From the NCBI RefSeq assembly GCF_001194135.2, contig NC_068984.1, forward strand, positions 135,146,862 through 135,178,932: a DNA stretch of 32,071 bases, in the 5' to 3' direction. This stretch comes from Octopus bimaculoides. Its lineage: Eukaryota. The notes under the pieces are model-generated. The model saw only the letters and a list, made by a program, of their open reading frames with translations, did not search any database and was not told where the DNA came from. This document shows positions 1-10,944 of the stretch, one piece after another; the stretch's first letter is position 1, and the number at the start of each line of letters is the position of its first letter. The translations under genes and the position numbers were made by a program.

Positions 1-125
1 ATATATATATATGTATGTATGTATGTATATATATGTGTGTGTGTTTGTGTGTATGTATGTATGTATAAACGTGTATTTATATATATATATACGTACATAT
101 TCTATATATATAAATATATGCACAT
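1..125. repeat. Compound (TA)/(TGTA)/(TG) microsatellite
   Basis: Direct reading. Confidence 0.95.
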
Positions 126-788
126 GTGTGTGTGACCGTGTATCTTAAAATACATGCACACAGTCATACAGTAACACACATATAATATACTAGTATACTC
201 GTGCCTTCAAAAAAGAGGCTCTTAAATCAAAATAGGCTAAACATGTTATTTACTAAATGTAGCTAAGTGACATACTTTCCATTTTGTTGATCGACAGTTG
301 TAAAACATAGATTCAATTTGCGTTGGAAATACGTTGATGGGAAGTAGGAAAAGGATTTGAATAAAAGGGAAATTTTACATAATTCTTTAAAGCTTTCATT
401 TAGGTTAACGCAATAAAAACTCCGTAATTTAATTGGTAAAACAAGATCTACCTATAAATTCATTGAATTACTGATGAGCTGCGCCTTCGAAACTGACTGT
501 AATTCATGTATATTTTATTAGGTTTACAGATCCATTATTTACCCCAACTAGATAAGAATTTTTGTATTTACCGACCTAAGTTTGGTTGTTATTGTTCATA
601 AATGAACGATATCACTACAAAATCTCTTAAGAAGTTTCCTTATCTAAAAGGGATTGAAATCATGACTTTCCTCGTTAGTTTCAGCACTAAACTACTTTAA
701 ACAATTATAAATGAATGATATATCAGGACGAACAAAGCAAAGTGAAATATAAAATACCTTTAAACTTTCCCTTACTTGCATTGCTTAC

Positions 789-932
789 CTTCATTTTCGA
801 CATCTCAGCGTTTGGTGGATTTTGCCATTGTGTGTATGCGCGTGTCCTTCGTTGAGATAACAAGATTTTTTCCGATTTTTAACCAAGAGGTGGCATATTT
901 CTGCCGGAGCTAGTCTTTTCCTACGTAACCTT
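789..932 (-). other. Candidate exon ending at a strong donor
   Basis: Donor AAG|GTAAGC lies at 788. The acceptor (…GGTGTTAG|) is mediocre. All frames are closed except a terminal ATG TCG AAA ATG AAG. Confidence 0.25.
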
Positions 933-985
933 CTAACACCGGTATTGAACAAGAGAAAAGTTCAGTTCATTCAACATGATTAAGA

Positions 986-987
<2 letters not shown>

Positions 988-1022
<35 letters not shown>

Positions 1023-1032
1023 CATACATACC
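988..1032. repeat. (CATA)n microsatellite
   Basis: Direct reading. Confidence 0.95.
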
Positions 1033-1740
1033 TATACACACGTATGTGTATTAGTGTGTATAATTCAATCCGACGATCAATCTTATAAGTTAGCCCAGAA
1101 CAAGTTTTCTCCAATAAACGCGGAGACATTATAACTGCAGCAAGTACATACATTGGACTGTTTAGATTAAAATATGTAAATAGTTATTCAATTAACCCTT
1201 GCCAATTACTAAATTCCCCCGTCTCACAATTTGTCAGAACACTAGTACGTGTTGAATAGAGTTATGTTCAGAACTTAATTCTAATTTCAATTCATCCTGT
1301 TTCATTTATTCACCTTTATATCATTAGCCCTAATACTTCTACGTAGTATCCTATTGTCTTGAGCTGAAATTTACTGTCATGTTATACGTGATAAATCATT
1401 CGCAATGATTTACCTTCCTGGCTTTGTCCGCCTTCAACAACTCAGTCAGCAAAACATTTTGTTAGCTTATCAATATGTTTATATTAAACATTTATTTTCA
1501 TCACTCTTTAACTGACCCAGCCTCACTATTTTCTTATCCTTTCTCAATTTGTTTCATTTTTGTGTACACTTTCCTTCGTATTACCTTGGCCCCTGTGTTC
1601 ATATTCTTCCGGTAGCCTTGCACAGTTGCAGGTAACTATCATTGTGTGATATTTTGAGCTATTTCGCCTTCAAACACAATTTTTATCTACATATCAATCA
1701 ATGTAGTTATCAGATCGCCTGCCTACTTGCATATTCAAGA

Positions 1741-1742
<2 letters not shown>

Positions 1743-1771
<29 letters not shown>

Positions 1772-1835
1772 CATACATACATACATACATTCATACATAC
1801 ATACATACATACATACATACATACATACTTACATA
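1743..1835. repeat. (CATA)n microsatellite
   Basis: Direct reading; it explains the HTYI-repeat ORFs. Confidence 0.95.
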
Positions 1836-2950
1836 CACTCCTGCACACTCCAAAAAACGGAAAACGCACCAAAAGTAGGTACCGCTATTTAGCTAGTTCA
1901 CTGTTTGGTCAACTTTACGCAACCTCTGGCATAAAGTGGACACTTTCAATGACAGATACATTCAAATCTGGTAGGGCCGAAAACAAATCCATCTTCTTGA
2001 AGATACCACTTTACATTTTTCACATAAAGCAAACATGACGAAATCTCCCTATCGCTTCACATGTATCTACAGTGTAGAAGCGCTATCGTACAACTAATGC
2101 TGGCGATTCATGACAGGTTTCAGCAGCACTTAATTCAAAATGATCCGGCGAGCAAATCGATAGATACATGTACAGAAATGTATATGTCTTTGCATATAAA
2201 ACGCAATTGTTTAATAATGTAATATTTTGAAATAGTACATTAAGTTGAGGTGTGAAGTTTTCAAAGACTAATGCATTAAGATTATGCAAATACTGTTTAA
2301 ATTAAAGGTAAACAGCTACAAATGATAAATGCGTGAATTAAGGGAATATTATTACAGATAATACACAGGGGGTGATATTATATGTTACCAATGCAGTAAT
2401 ATAAATTTCTATTTGAAGCTTCTAGTAAAGACAAATCAGGCAAACTACTGAGTAGGATAATAGCTTGCTCTGAATGACATATATTAAACTATTAGTCCTC
2501 TATTAGTAGATTTTCCAGTTTGGCAATGATTTTAATTTTATTGTGTCCTTATTGTACTTTAGGTTTGAAAAGTTATTTAAAAAACATGTGTGGTATGCAA
2601 TATTAGCTTAAATCACGTTGTGCTAAATCGAATTTACAAATGAGGCTGATAAAGTGCTGATGTGTAAGATCAACATAAGGAATCAGACATAAAATAAATA
2701 CCAGTGAGGCTATCCAGATAATTTTCCAGACGTTCTTTATCTAAGAATGCATCATCTCATCTAATTTTCGTTTATATTGTAATGAAAATGTGCTGCCACA
2801 TCTAACATGCAGTGTAAATGACTGTGCTAATGCTCACTCGTTGATGGTTTACTAAATTGTGACTCAGTATTCCGACTCATTTGTTTGCTGCTAATATTCA
2901 ATATCACTGAGCGATTATATAAAACTTAAGTTTTTGTTAGAAGTCATGGA

Positions 2951-3157
2951 ATGGTTTCAAACTTTGATACAAAGCTAGGGGCAGGGAGTAAGTCAATTAC
3001 ATCGACCCCAGCGTTCATATGATACTCATTTTATTGTCCCCGATTTGATGAAAGCAAAGTCACCCATTGTAGAATTTGAACTCAGAACGCAAATATGGAA
3101 GAAATGCTGCTAGGCATTTTTCCCCGCCGTGCTAACGATTCTGCCAGCTCGCTGCCC
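2951..3157 (-). mobile_element. SINE family A (tRNA-like head), near full length
   Basis: The minus strand has the head GGCAGCGAGCTGGCAGAATCGTTAGCACGGCGG and a B-box-like GAGTTCAAATTC. It aligns with the copies at 4907 and 17948. Confidence 0.85.
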
Positions 3158-3249
3158 AAGCAATCGAATAATATTGACAATTGTAACATGAGAACATAAT
3201 ATACAATTCTGGAACTGAGATTCTTGTTAGTATCATTTTGAAAGTTTAG

Positions 3250-3430
3250 AGATAGCATTTAGCTCGCCGAATAAAATGCTTAGTGACATATCTTCCGAAC
3301 TTACATTCTACTAAAGTTTGCTTTGCCTTTCATCCTTGCAAGATGAAACAAGTAATAGTTAAGTACTTGGGCCAATGTCATTGACTGCCCTCCGTCCCCC
3401 GGCTATCCCCAAATCCCAGGTCGTGTGCCT
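3250..3430 (+). mobile_element. SINE family A, degenerate copy
   Basis: Blocks AAATGCTTAG, TTTGCCTTTCATCC, GGGCCAATGTCATTGAC and CCCCAAAT...TGTGCCT appear in family order. Confidence 0.65.
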
Positions 3431-4125
3431 CCGACTTAGCAAAATCGAGTCGGCATCAGAAGTAGTAAATCGCGGAGTTTCTTCCAGCTCATGTCATTGT
3501 GACTTGGAATCTATCCGAGGCCCGCTTTACCGTTTATTCTTCCGAGATCAATAAAACAAGCACACGTCAACTACTGAGTCAATGGATTGCATACAAATCA
3601 TCCCCTAAAAAGGACAGGCTCGCTCCAAATTTGAAATCACCTCCGCCATTAACGATATCATCACTAATATTATTATACTTATCGTTAATATATGCATTGA
3701 ATCAACTAGATTCATTTCTAATGCCTACTCTTACTTTCCTGGCAAAATTTGTCATGGGATGGCGCAGGGGAATTAAAGATATTCCCAACGCTAACGCTGT
3801 TGTGGAAGTCAAAACGCGTGTCGATACAATGATTACCCATACAGGATAAGTTATTAACACTAAAACGATAATAATCATACGAGAAGATCTCTTGCTAAGA
3901 GAATAAATCTATATTAGCGGGACGTGTTAAGTAACTAAGGTAAAAATTATACTGTACACGTGACATTTATGGACATTGCGTTTAGTTTCTCGTCTAGCAA
4001 CACTATTATTAATCAGTGTAGAACATGATAACAACTGGTGACAGGAAACAGATGGTCTTTATTACCAGCTTATGCATCAGGCTTTGCTTAATAATGTTTA
4101 GACATTCAACAATTCACTCACTTAC

Positions 4126-4192
4126 CCTTGACAGATAAAGACACACGTTCACATAGGTTATTATACAAAAACATATAGGTTTCAATGACGTC
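4126..4192 (-). other. Candidate 67-nt exon
   Basis: Acceptor CTGACTCTGTGTATTTTATGTATGTTAG| with a branch-like CTGAC, and consensus donor AGG|GTAAGT. Two frames are open (DVIETYMFLYNNLCERVSLSVK or TSLKPICFCIITYVNVCLYLSR). No homology recognised. Confidence 0.3.
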
Positions 4193-4359
4193 CTAACATA
4201 CATAAAATACACAGAGTCAGACATCGAGATATTTGCTTTGTTGTGCATACAACCCCAGCAGACTGGCAAATCTTTAAGTAAATATCACACACACTTGCTG
4301 ATGTAGAATTGTGTCTGTGAATAATTATTCAACACAGAGATACACGACGAGGCACATCA

Positions 4360-4510
4360 ATACATACATACATACACAAACACACACATATACGTATGCT
4401 TGTATGTATGTATACATGTGTGTATGTATGTATGTAAACATATATATACGTGTGTGTGCGTGTGTGTATACTCATGCACACACACGTGAATAAGTGCATA
4501 TATATGCACG
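4360..4510. repeat. Degenerate compound CA/TA/TG microsatellite
   Basis: Direct reading. Confidence 0.85.
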
Positions 4511-4821
4511 TACAGATATAAGCTTTTGTATACGCCTGTATGTGTATCGATGGTGCTTCTTTGTGTATCTTTAAATACACAGCAAAAAGTTTTGTTTGCA
4601 CCCCCCACCCCCCAACGTAGCTGTTTCTCAAAAACAATCTAATAGGCTGTGTACCATACTAAAAAGAAAGAGTAAGTTTGATCGAACGGCAGAATATTTG
4701 AAGGCGAGTGCTACAGGAACGCAATTCCAATAGTTGAAAAGAATAAAAGAATATCTATAAACGTACACATGCATAAATATCATGCGCACATACATATATA
4801 TGCATTTATGTATGGTTTGGT

Positions 4822-5170
4822 TGTGTCCTAAGTGGTTTTGTTCCCAACCATATGGTTCCAGCAAGAATCCCACTGCATAGCTCATTCAGTATGTATCTTG
4901 TAATATCCTTTCTACTAAAGGCACATGGTTTGAAATTTGTGGTGGGGGACTAGTCGATGATATCGATCCCAAAATGATGAAAGGCAAAGTCGACCTTGGC
5001 AGAATTTGAACTCAGAACGTTGCGGCAGACGAAATACCACTAAGCATTTCGCCTGGCGTGCTAACAATTCTGCCAGCTCGCCACCTTATATGTATCTTCT
5101 GATATTGTCATGGGCAGATGAGAGAATTTGGTGAATGGATTTGGTAGAAACCGAAGGATACCTGTTGTCT
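4822..5170 (+). mobile_element. SINE family B, split by the family A insertion
   Basis: TTCCCAACCATATGGTTCC...ATCCCACTGC (4843-4878) and GTGAATGGATTTGGTAG (~5131-5147) match the collinear blocks of the intact copy at 8205-8622. Confidence 0.7.
4907..5088 (-). mobile_element. SINE family A with a 17-bp target-site duplication, nested in a family B SINE
   Basis: Minus strand: TAAGGTGGCGAGCTGGCAGAATTGTTAGCACGCCAGGCGAAATGCTTAG...GAGTTCAAATTC (A-box-like and B-box). Flanks are TATGTATCTTGTAATAT (4890-4906) and TATGTATCTTCTGATAT (5089-5105), 15/17 identical. Confidence 0.9.
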
Positions 5171-5516
5171 AAAAGACAAAAAGGCAAAAGAGAGTCACTT
5201 ACCGTTATAGTGTCTGCAATGACAATATTGACCAAGGTTACCGTGGTCTTTTCCGTAGGCTTTTCTTTCCACGGCTAAACCTAAACTGTCCTCCCCTCTT
5301 TTTTACACGAGAACATTACTGTGATACACGATCCCTATTGATCGCTTTTTTTTTTCTCTCGGTCCCTTTTGATCGAACTCCCCCCTTTTTTCCTTCCTAC
5401 GATCCCTTTTGATTGACACACACCCCTACTTTTTTTTTCTTCCCCCTCCCAAAAAGAAAAGCTCTACATTGCATTTGTCCCATCTTTGTTGAGCCCTGTG
5501 TGGCTAATAAAAGAAA

Positions 5517-6465
5517 TGTATGTATGTATGTATGTATGTATGTATGTATNNNNNNNNNNNNNNNNNNNNNNNNNNNNNNNNNNNNNNNNNNNNNNNNNNN
5601 NNNNNNNNNNNNNNNNNNNNNNNNNNNNNNNNNNNNNNNNNNNNNNNNNNNNNNNNNNNNNNNNNNNNNNNNNNNNNNNNNNNNNNNNNNNNNNNNNNNN
5701 NNNNNNNNNNNNNNNNNNNNNNNNNNNNNNNNNNNNNNNNNNNNNNNNNNNNNNNNNNNNNNNNNNNNNNNNNNNNNNNNNNNNNNNNNNNNNNNNNNNN
5801 NNNNNNNNNNNNNNNNNNNNNNNNNNNNNNNNNNNNNNNNNNNNNNNNNNNNNNNNNNNNNNNNNNNNNNNNNNNNNNNNNNNNNNNNNNNNNNNNNNNN
5901 NNNNNNNNNNNNNNNNNNNNNNNNNNNNNNNNNNNNNNNNNNNNNNNNNNNNNNNNNNNNNNNNNNNNNNNNNNNNNNNNNNNNNNNNNNNNNNNNNNNN
6001 NNNNNNNNNNNNNNNNNNNNNNNNNNNNNNNNNNNNNNNNNNNNNNNNNNNNNNNNNNNNNNNNNNNNNNNNNNNNNNNNNNNNNNNNNNNNNNNNNNNN
6101 NNNNNNNNNNNNNNNNNNNNNNNNNNNNNNNNNNNNNNNNNNNNNNNNNNNNNNNNNNNNNNNNNNNNNNNNNNNNNNNNNNNNNNNNNNNNNNNNNNNN
6201 NNNNNNNNNNNNNNNNNNNNNNNNNNNNNNNNNNNNNNNNNNNNNNNNNNNNNNNNNNNNNNNNNNNNNNNNNNNNNNNNNNNNNNNNNNNNNNNNNNNN
6301 NNNNNNNNNNNNNNNNNNNNNNNNNNNNNNNNNNNNNNNNNNNNNNNNNNNNNNNNNNNNNNNNNNNNNNNNNNNNNNNNNNNNNNNNNNNNNNNNNNNN
6401 NNNNNNNNNNNNNNNNNNNNNNNNNNNNNNNNNNNATATATATATATATATATATATATACATAC

Positions 6466-6512
<47 letters not shown>

Positions 6513-6520
6513 TGTCTGTT
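5517..6520. repeat. (TATG)n, assembly gap 5550-6435, then (TA)n/(TG)n
   Basis: An 886-N run is flanked by microsatellites. Confidence 0.95.
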
Positions 6521-6985
6521 TGTGTGCATGAATGCTTATGAATATATGCATATGTATGTTCCTGTGCGCATATATTCGTAGTTATGTGTGTAAACTCAAC
6601 GAAATATATGACAGCCATGATTAGATCCTAAAAGTGAGGTTTCCAACTTTCAGATGAACAGAGTCGAAAGTATTTTTTTATTGAAAATACAAATTCAATT
6701 TTTCAAAGATGTTAGCGATCTGTCGTATTATACAGCATCTTAATGAGGTAATTTCATTTTTAAAATCGTTGTTAGTGTTAGTAAGCTGTATTTTTCTGAT
6801 ATAATTCTTACAATTGAATAACAAGTAGAACCTATTTTCTTTTAATATACAAAAAAAAAAAAAAAAAAATGAAAACGCTCGCTCTAGTGAACAATTATAA
6901 CTAATTTGGAAGAAGAGAAATATGAACACGAGAGATACTTGTCAGCCAATATGAGCTATCAGCAGATAATATCGTACAGTGGGGA

Positions 6986-7033
6986 TAAGGCAGCACACTT
7001 GAAGAATCGTTAGCACGCCGGGCAAATTGCTTA
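6986..7033 (+). mobile_element. SINE family A head fragment
   Basis: TAAGGCAGC...AGAATCGTTAGCACGCCGGGCAAATTGCTTA matches the family A head. Confidence 0.7.
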
Positions 7034-8204
7034 TATAGGCAGTTGACATGAGCATTATTTGTTAAATTTCTACTATTTACCGACTCGATGTCACAATATG
7101 ACAACTTGTCCAAGTAACACAGACAATAACCACGGCACAACGCAAGCCCTGTGAGTCAAACTGAGCGGTCGGTATTTATGCAGAAGCCCGTCCTGTGGAT
7201 TGTAACTGTAACTCAAACGTCCAGCCTCGTCGTGGACTCTGTAACACTGGATCCGCTCGAGAATTATGTTATCATTACACGACTCAGCGGAAGATTCAGT
7301 CACATGCTGATGTGCTATGTAGGTCATTCAGTTCATCGAACAGCTGAATACGAATCGTTGAAACCAGTTCAGATCCATATACTTCAACTTTGGTCACGTA
7401 TTGATTGCTATCAATAATTATCAGAGTCAAGATTGTTTCAGTGAATGAAAAGTGACAGGCTTGATATCTTGATACAATCATCGGACAGAAATAATTCAGG
7501 GATTCAGTTTTCAAGGAAGCTAAATACTGAGATTCATGTTACGATTGAATTCGTACTATCACAAAGTCTGCCTCGGTCCTACAAGTTAACTAGACTGAAG
7601 CTTTCTAGGTTTCCGTAGTATTTATACTATTCATAGTACGAGGTTGCCTTTCCACGAAGTGGATGTTAGTCCGTCGCTGGGCCAAATCTTCCAAGTATTG
7701 TTCGTAGATATTTTCAGCTGGAAGGATTGAAGATACACAATGTAGCGCACCATTTGATAAGTGAACCACTGGATAAAGATCGTGAATCCTTCATCCACAC
7801 CGTACGCCAAGTATCTTCGTTCACTATAATGAACGAAAATGATTAAATAAAAAATAAATAAATAAAAACGTATTAAGTAAAATAGGAATTAAGTAATATT
7901 ACACTTTTAGTGATAGAAAATGTACCCATTTACTTCGTATTTTCATTTGATTAATTAATAGCGTGTGGTAACTACGCTAAGAATGTTAGCACCAACTTAG
8001 CTATTTGCTTTACTTGCAGAGACATGAGTGAGCTATTCCTTTTACTAAAAGTTTTATGCTGTTAAGCCTAAAGAAATGTATTCACTCAGAATATCAGTGT
8101 GTTATTATCTCTAAGCCTTATATGTTCTTGCTAGTAAAGTTTGATTTATGCTTTGTCTCAGCGGGGGAATATGATAAAGAAACTTGAGGAGCTGTCACTA
8201 TCAT

Positions 8205-8622
8205 AGAGGCAAGTGTGACTCTCTGGCAAAATGATTGCTTCCTGACCACATGTTTCCGGGTTAAATCCCACTGCGTTAAGCTATGAACAAGTGTTTTATC
8301 ACTACTGCCCCGCGTTGGTCTCAGCCTTGTGAGTAGATTTTGTATATGGACATTGAAAGAAACCGTCAAATGTATGCATGTATGTATGTATGTATGTATG
8401 TATATATTCGTCGTGTTTGTAGGTATTCGTCGTGGTTGTAGGTTAACTACGCTTCACGGTCGGTAATTGTTTACTTTCGTCCCTTACATTTCCCGATTCG
8501 GCAAAAGACACTGATAAGAAACAAACTAGAAAAAAAGTCAGTATTCTGGACGATTTGTTCGACTAAAACCCTTCAAGGTGGTGCCCCAGCATGGCCGAAG
8601 TTCAATGACCGAAACAAGTAAG
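8205..8622 (+). mobile_element. SINE family B, near full length, with an internal (TATG)n tract
   Basis: The head has a B-box-like GGGTTAAATCCC, followed by GCCTTGTGAG...GAAAGAAACCGTC and an internal (TATG)n. The 3' part is TTCGGCAAAAGA...GATTTGTTCGACTAAAACCCTTCAAGGTGGTGCCCCAGCATGGCC...GAAACAAGTA. The 5' half is homologous to 4822-5170; the 3' half is recognised from memory of octopus repeats. Confidence 0.7.
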
Positions 8623-9272
8623 CCTACTTTCGTTCTTCACAACATGTTCCTATCCAATTTGTAAGTAACTCGATTAGTTAGATTTTCAGAGTTTACTCCC
8701 CTGTTTATCGGAGTACTCTCCTGTTTACTCCCGTTTATCGTAGAAATAATCATTGAGCTAATGGTTTCATTCTCTTCACTACCCTTCACTATGTAATTCG
8801 ATCGACTGATTAATTTCGAAAATTTGCCTGTGGTAATATTTGCCCATAGTTCACATGCCTTAGTTCGAAAACAGATTTACCAGAATAACTTTGGGATTAA
8901 ACAGATATCGTAGTAATATATTCAAAATGTATTACATACAACAGAAGGCAGCAAGATTAACATAAAAATAAAGTTATTTCTAAGTTAATTTGAGTGCGTA
9001 ACTAAGTCATAGCAGATATATAAACGTAGTGCCAAGGCATGAATGAAAACATCACATGATGAAGCATATATTATGTATCAATACAGTCATATACTTTTCA
9101 GCACGTGATATTTCAATCTAATGATTGTATACATGAATAACGCCGCAGAAACCTTATAAGACCTGTCTCCATAACAACACTATAAACAGTATTTCTTCTT
9201 TTCTTGATTGCGTCTGGTTGAGTTGTTCCTATTTCATTCATTCATTTTTCACAATAGATGAAGTTTGCTTAC

Positions 9273-9383
9273 TTGTTTGGCAACTGTGCGCCATTGTTTC
9301 CGACAGATACGGAACACTGTCGTGTCATCACTGTTTTATCCAATCAGTAAAAAGCCACAGATCCACAAAGACGGACATACCAC
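9273..9383 (-). other. Candidate 111-nt spliced exon (5'UTR plus possible start, MAHSCQT, phase 1)
   Basis: The acceptor has a ~35-nt pyrimidine tract (CTCTTATTTCATCTCATTCCCCTTGTGTCTTTTTATGCAG|G) and the donor is CAA|GTAAGC. All three frames contain stops. An ATG at 9294-9292 lies in AACAATGG context. Confidence 0.55.
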
Positions 9384-10743
9384 CTGCATAAAAAGACACA
9401 AGGGGAATGAGATGAAATAAGAGGTTTTGATATGCTGGATGTGTTTGTTGTTTCTATTTTCATTATCAAATAAAATTGTACAGAGGAATCAATAATAAAC
9501 TAATACAGACTTTTCAGTTAAGCAATTAAGTCAAGTTAAGCACAACTAAGCGAGTGTTGGCCATCGATCCTTGGCAGCTGATACAATAATATGGAGTTAT
9601 TGTATCCGGAAGGAAATTAGCTAAGGCGTTTTTTTCTGATTTAAAGAGATGGGATTCATTTTAAGGACAGAAATTTTAAATCGAATTCGTATTAATTTAA
9701 ATTTTAATTTCAGTGACTTTGATCATCATTTTAAAGTTGATACTTTCTTTTAAACACGTATTAAATTACTTCACCTTTCTAACAAATTCAACAATTAACC
9801 TACACAAATATGCATTCAGAATACTTCTTATGTTACTTTACATGTATAACATATGCACAAGAATATTCGAAAACACATACACACAGACACACACACATGC
9901 ATATACGTAATACATGCGCTCCAACATATCTATAGATAATATATGCATGTGTGAGTGTGTGTATGTGTTTGTATGGGTGTGAGAGCGTGTGTGTTTTTGT
10001 GTGCGTCGATTCACTAAGGATAGATTCAGCGTATTTTGAAAACCCAACAAAATTGTTTGACCTTCGTTTATACTATATACGAAGACAAAACAAAATCCAT
10101 ACAACACACTAATCTGAATACGATACACCTCTCTGGCCTTAAATCTGATGTCTTATACAAAAGCACTAAATTACGGGGAAGAAAAGCAAATGCTAATACA
10201 TATTTAAAGGACTGTAGTCGATTTATTGGTTGTAAGAGCATGTGTATAACTCATCTATAGTAAAGTTAGTGGGATGGTTACTTTTACTTCAGGTGAATGA
10301 GTTTGAATGGAACGTAAAACTAGGTAAATGAATGTACATACGAAATGACAAACAGCTTATTGAAAGCTATTTTATCTTATCTATGTAATTAGTGCAAATT
10401 TATTGAATAGAATATAATATTAGGAGTGATATTACTTAATTTACATAGTTCCTGTCTATGTGCTGTCAGTATTGTCATGAAATCTAGATTTCCAGGTTTT
10501 AAAGGGAAAAAAATAACAATTCATCAGAACTGAATTTAAATGAATTAAATGCACTTTCCTTCGCTTTAGAAATAAGCACAAAGTCATATTTTGCAATGTA
10601 AGTATTACGTATGATTTTCGGTGATAGGAGTGTGAGATCGTTTTTCTTGTTATGTCAGAAATATCCAAACTCTATTTCTAATATATATTTGTAAATAATT
10701 CCTAAGTCTATATTAGTATGGATATTAGGGTACTATAGGCGAG

Positions 10744-10935
10744 TAAGGCGGTGAGCTGGGTCAAATGTTTTGTAGCGTTTCGTCCGTCTTTACGTTCTGA
10801 ATTCAAATTCCAGCTAGGTGGGCTTTGATTTTCATACTTCCGGAATCGATAAAAGAAGTACCAGCTGAGTACTGGGGTCGATGCAATCGACTTAATCCTC
10901 TCCCGAATTTGCTGGACTTGTGCCAAAGCTTGAAC
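10744..10935 (+). mobile_element. SINE family A, with a deletion in the head
   Basis: TAAGGCGGTGAGCTGG...ACGTTCTGAATTCAAATTCC...TCGATAAAAGAAGTACCAGCTGAGTACTGGGGTCGATGCAATCGAC...TTGTGCCAAA. Confidence 0.85.
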
Positions 10936-10944
10936 GCAATATAC

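Noticed and set aside
1900-2030. Minus-strand MDLFSALPDLNVSVIES resembling the Tc1/mariner SPDLNPIE motif
   Set aside because: A single weak motif, with no other transposase motif and no terminal inverted repeats seen.
1642-2038. ORFs with HTYI repeats, and similar YVCM/poly-I/poly-Y/poly-N ORFs elsewhere
   Set aside because: Microsatellite translation artefacts.
5199-5215. Possible 11-nt micro-exon on the minus strand (TTGCAG|ACACTATAACG|GTAAGT)
   Set aside because: Poor pyrimidine tract, and it lies at the edge of a probable repeat; not supportable without reads.
5397-6618. Long ORFs (237-384 aa) spanning N runs here, at 24525-25581 and at 29473-30369
   Set aside because: They consist almost entirely of X from assembly gaps plus translated microsatellites.
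7640-7830. Minus-strand NEDTWR...IHDLYPVVHL resembling a Helitron Rep/helicase motif
   Set aside because: It needs a frameshift, the following residues do not fit, and there is no other Helitron evidence.
8690-8742. Short direct repeat TTTACTCCC(T)GTTTATCG, twice (a similar one at ~12772-12806)
   Set aside because: Ordinary local slippage duplication with only two units.
9580-9606. 10-bp perfect hairpin GATACAATAA-N7-TTATTGTATC
   Set aside because: Roughly one such AT-rich stem is expected by chance in a window this size; it has no supporting context.
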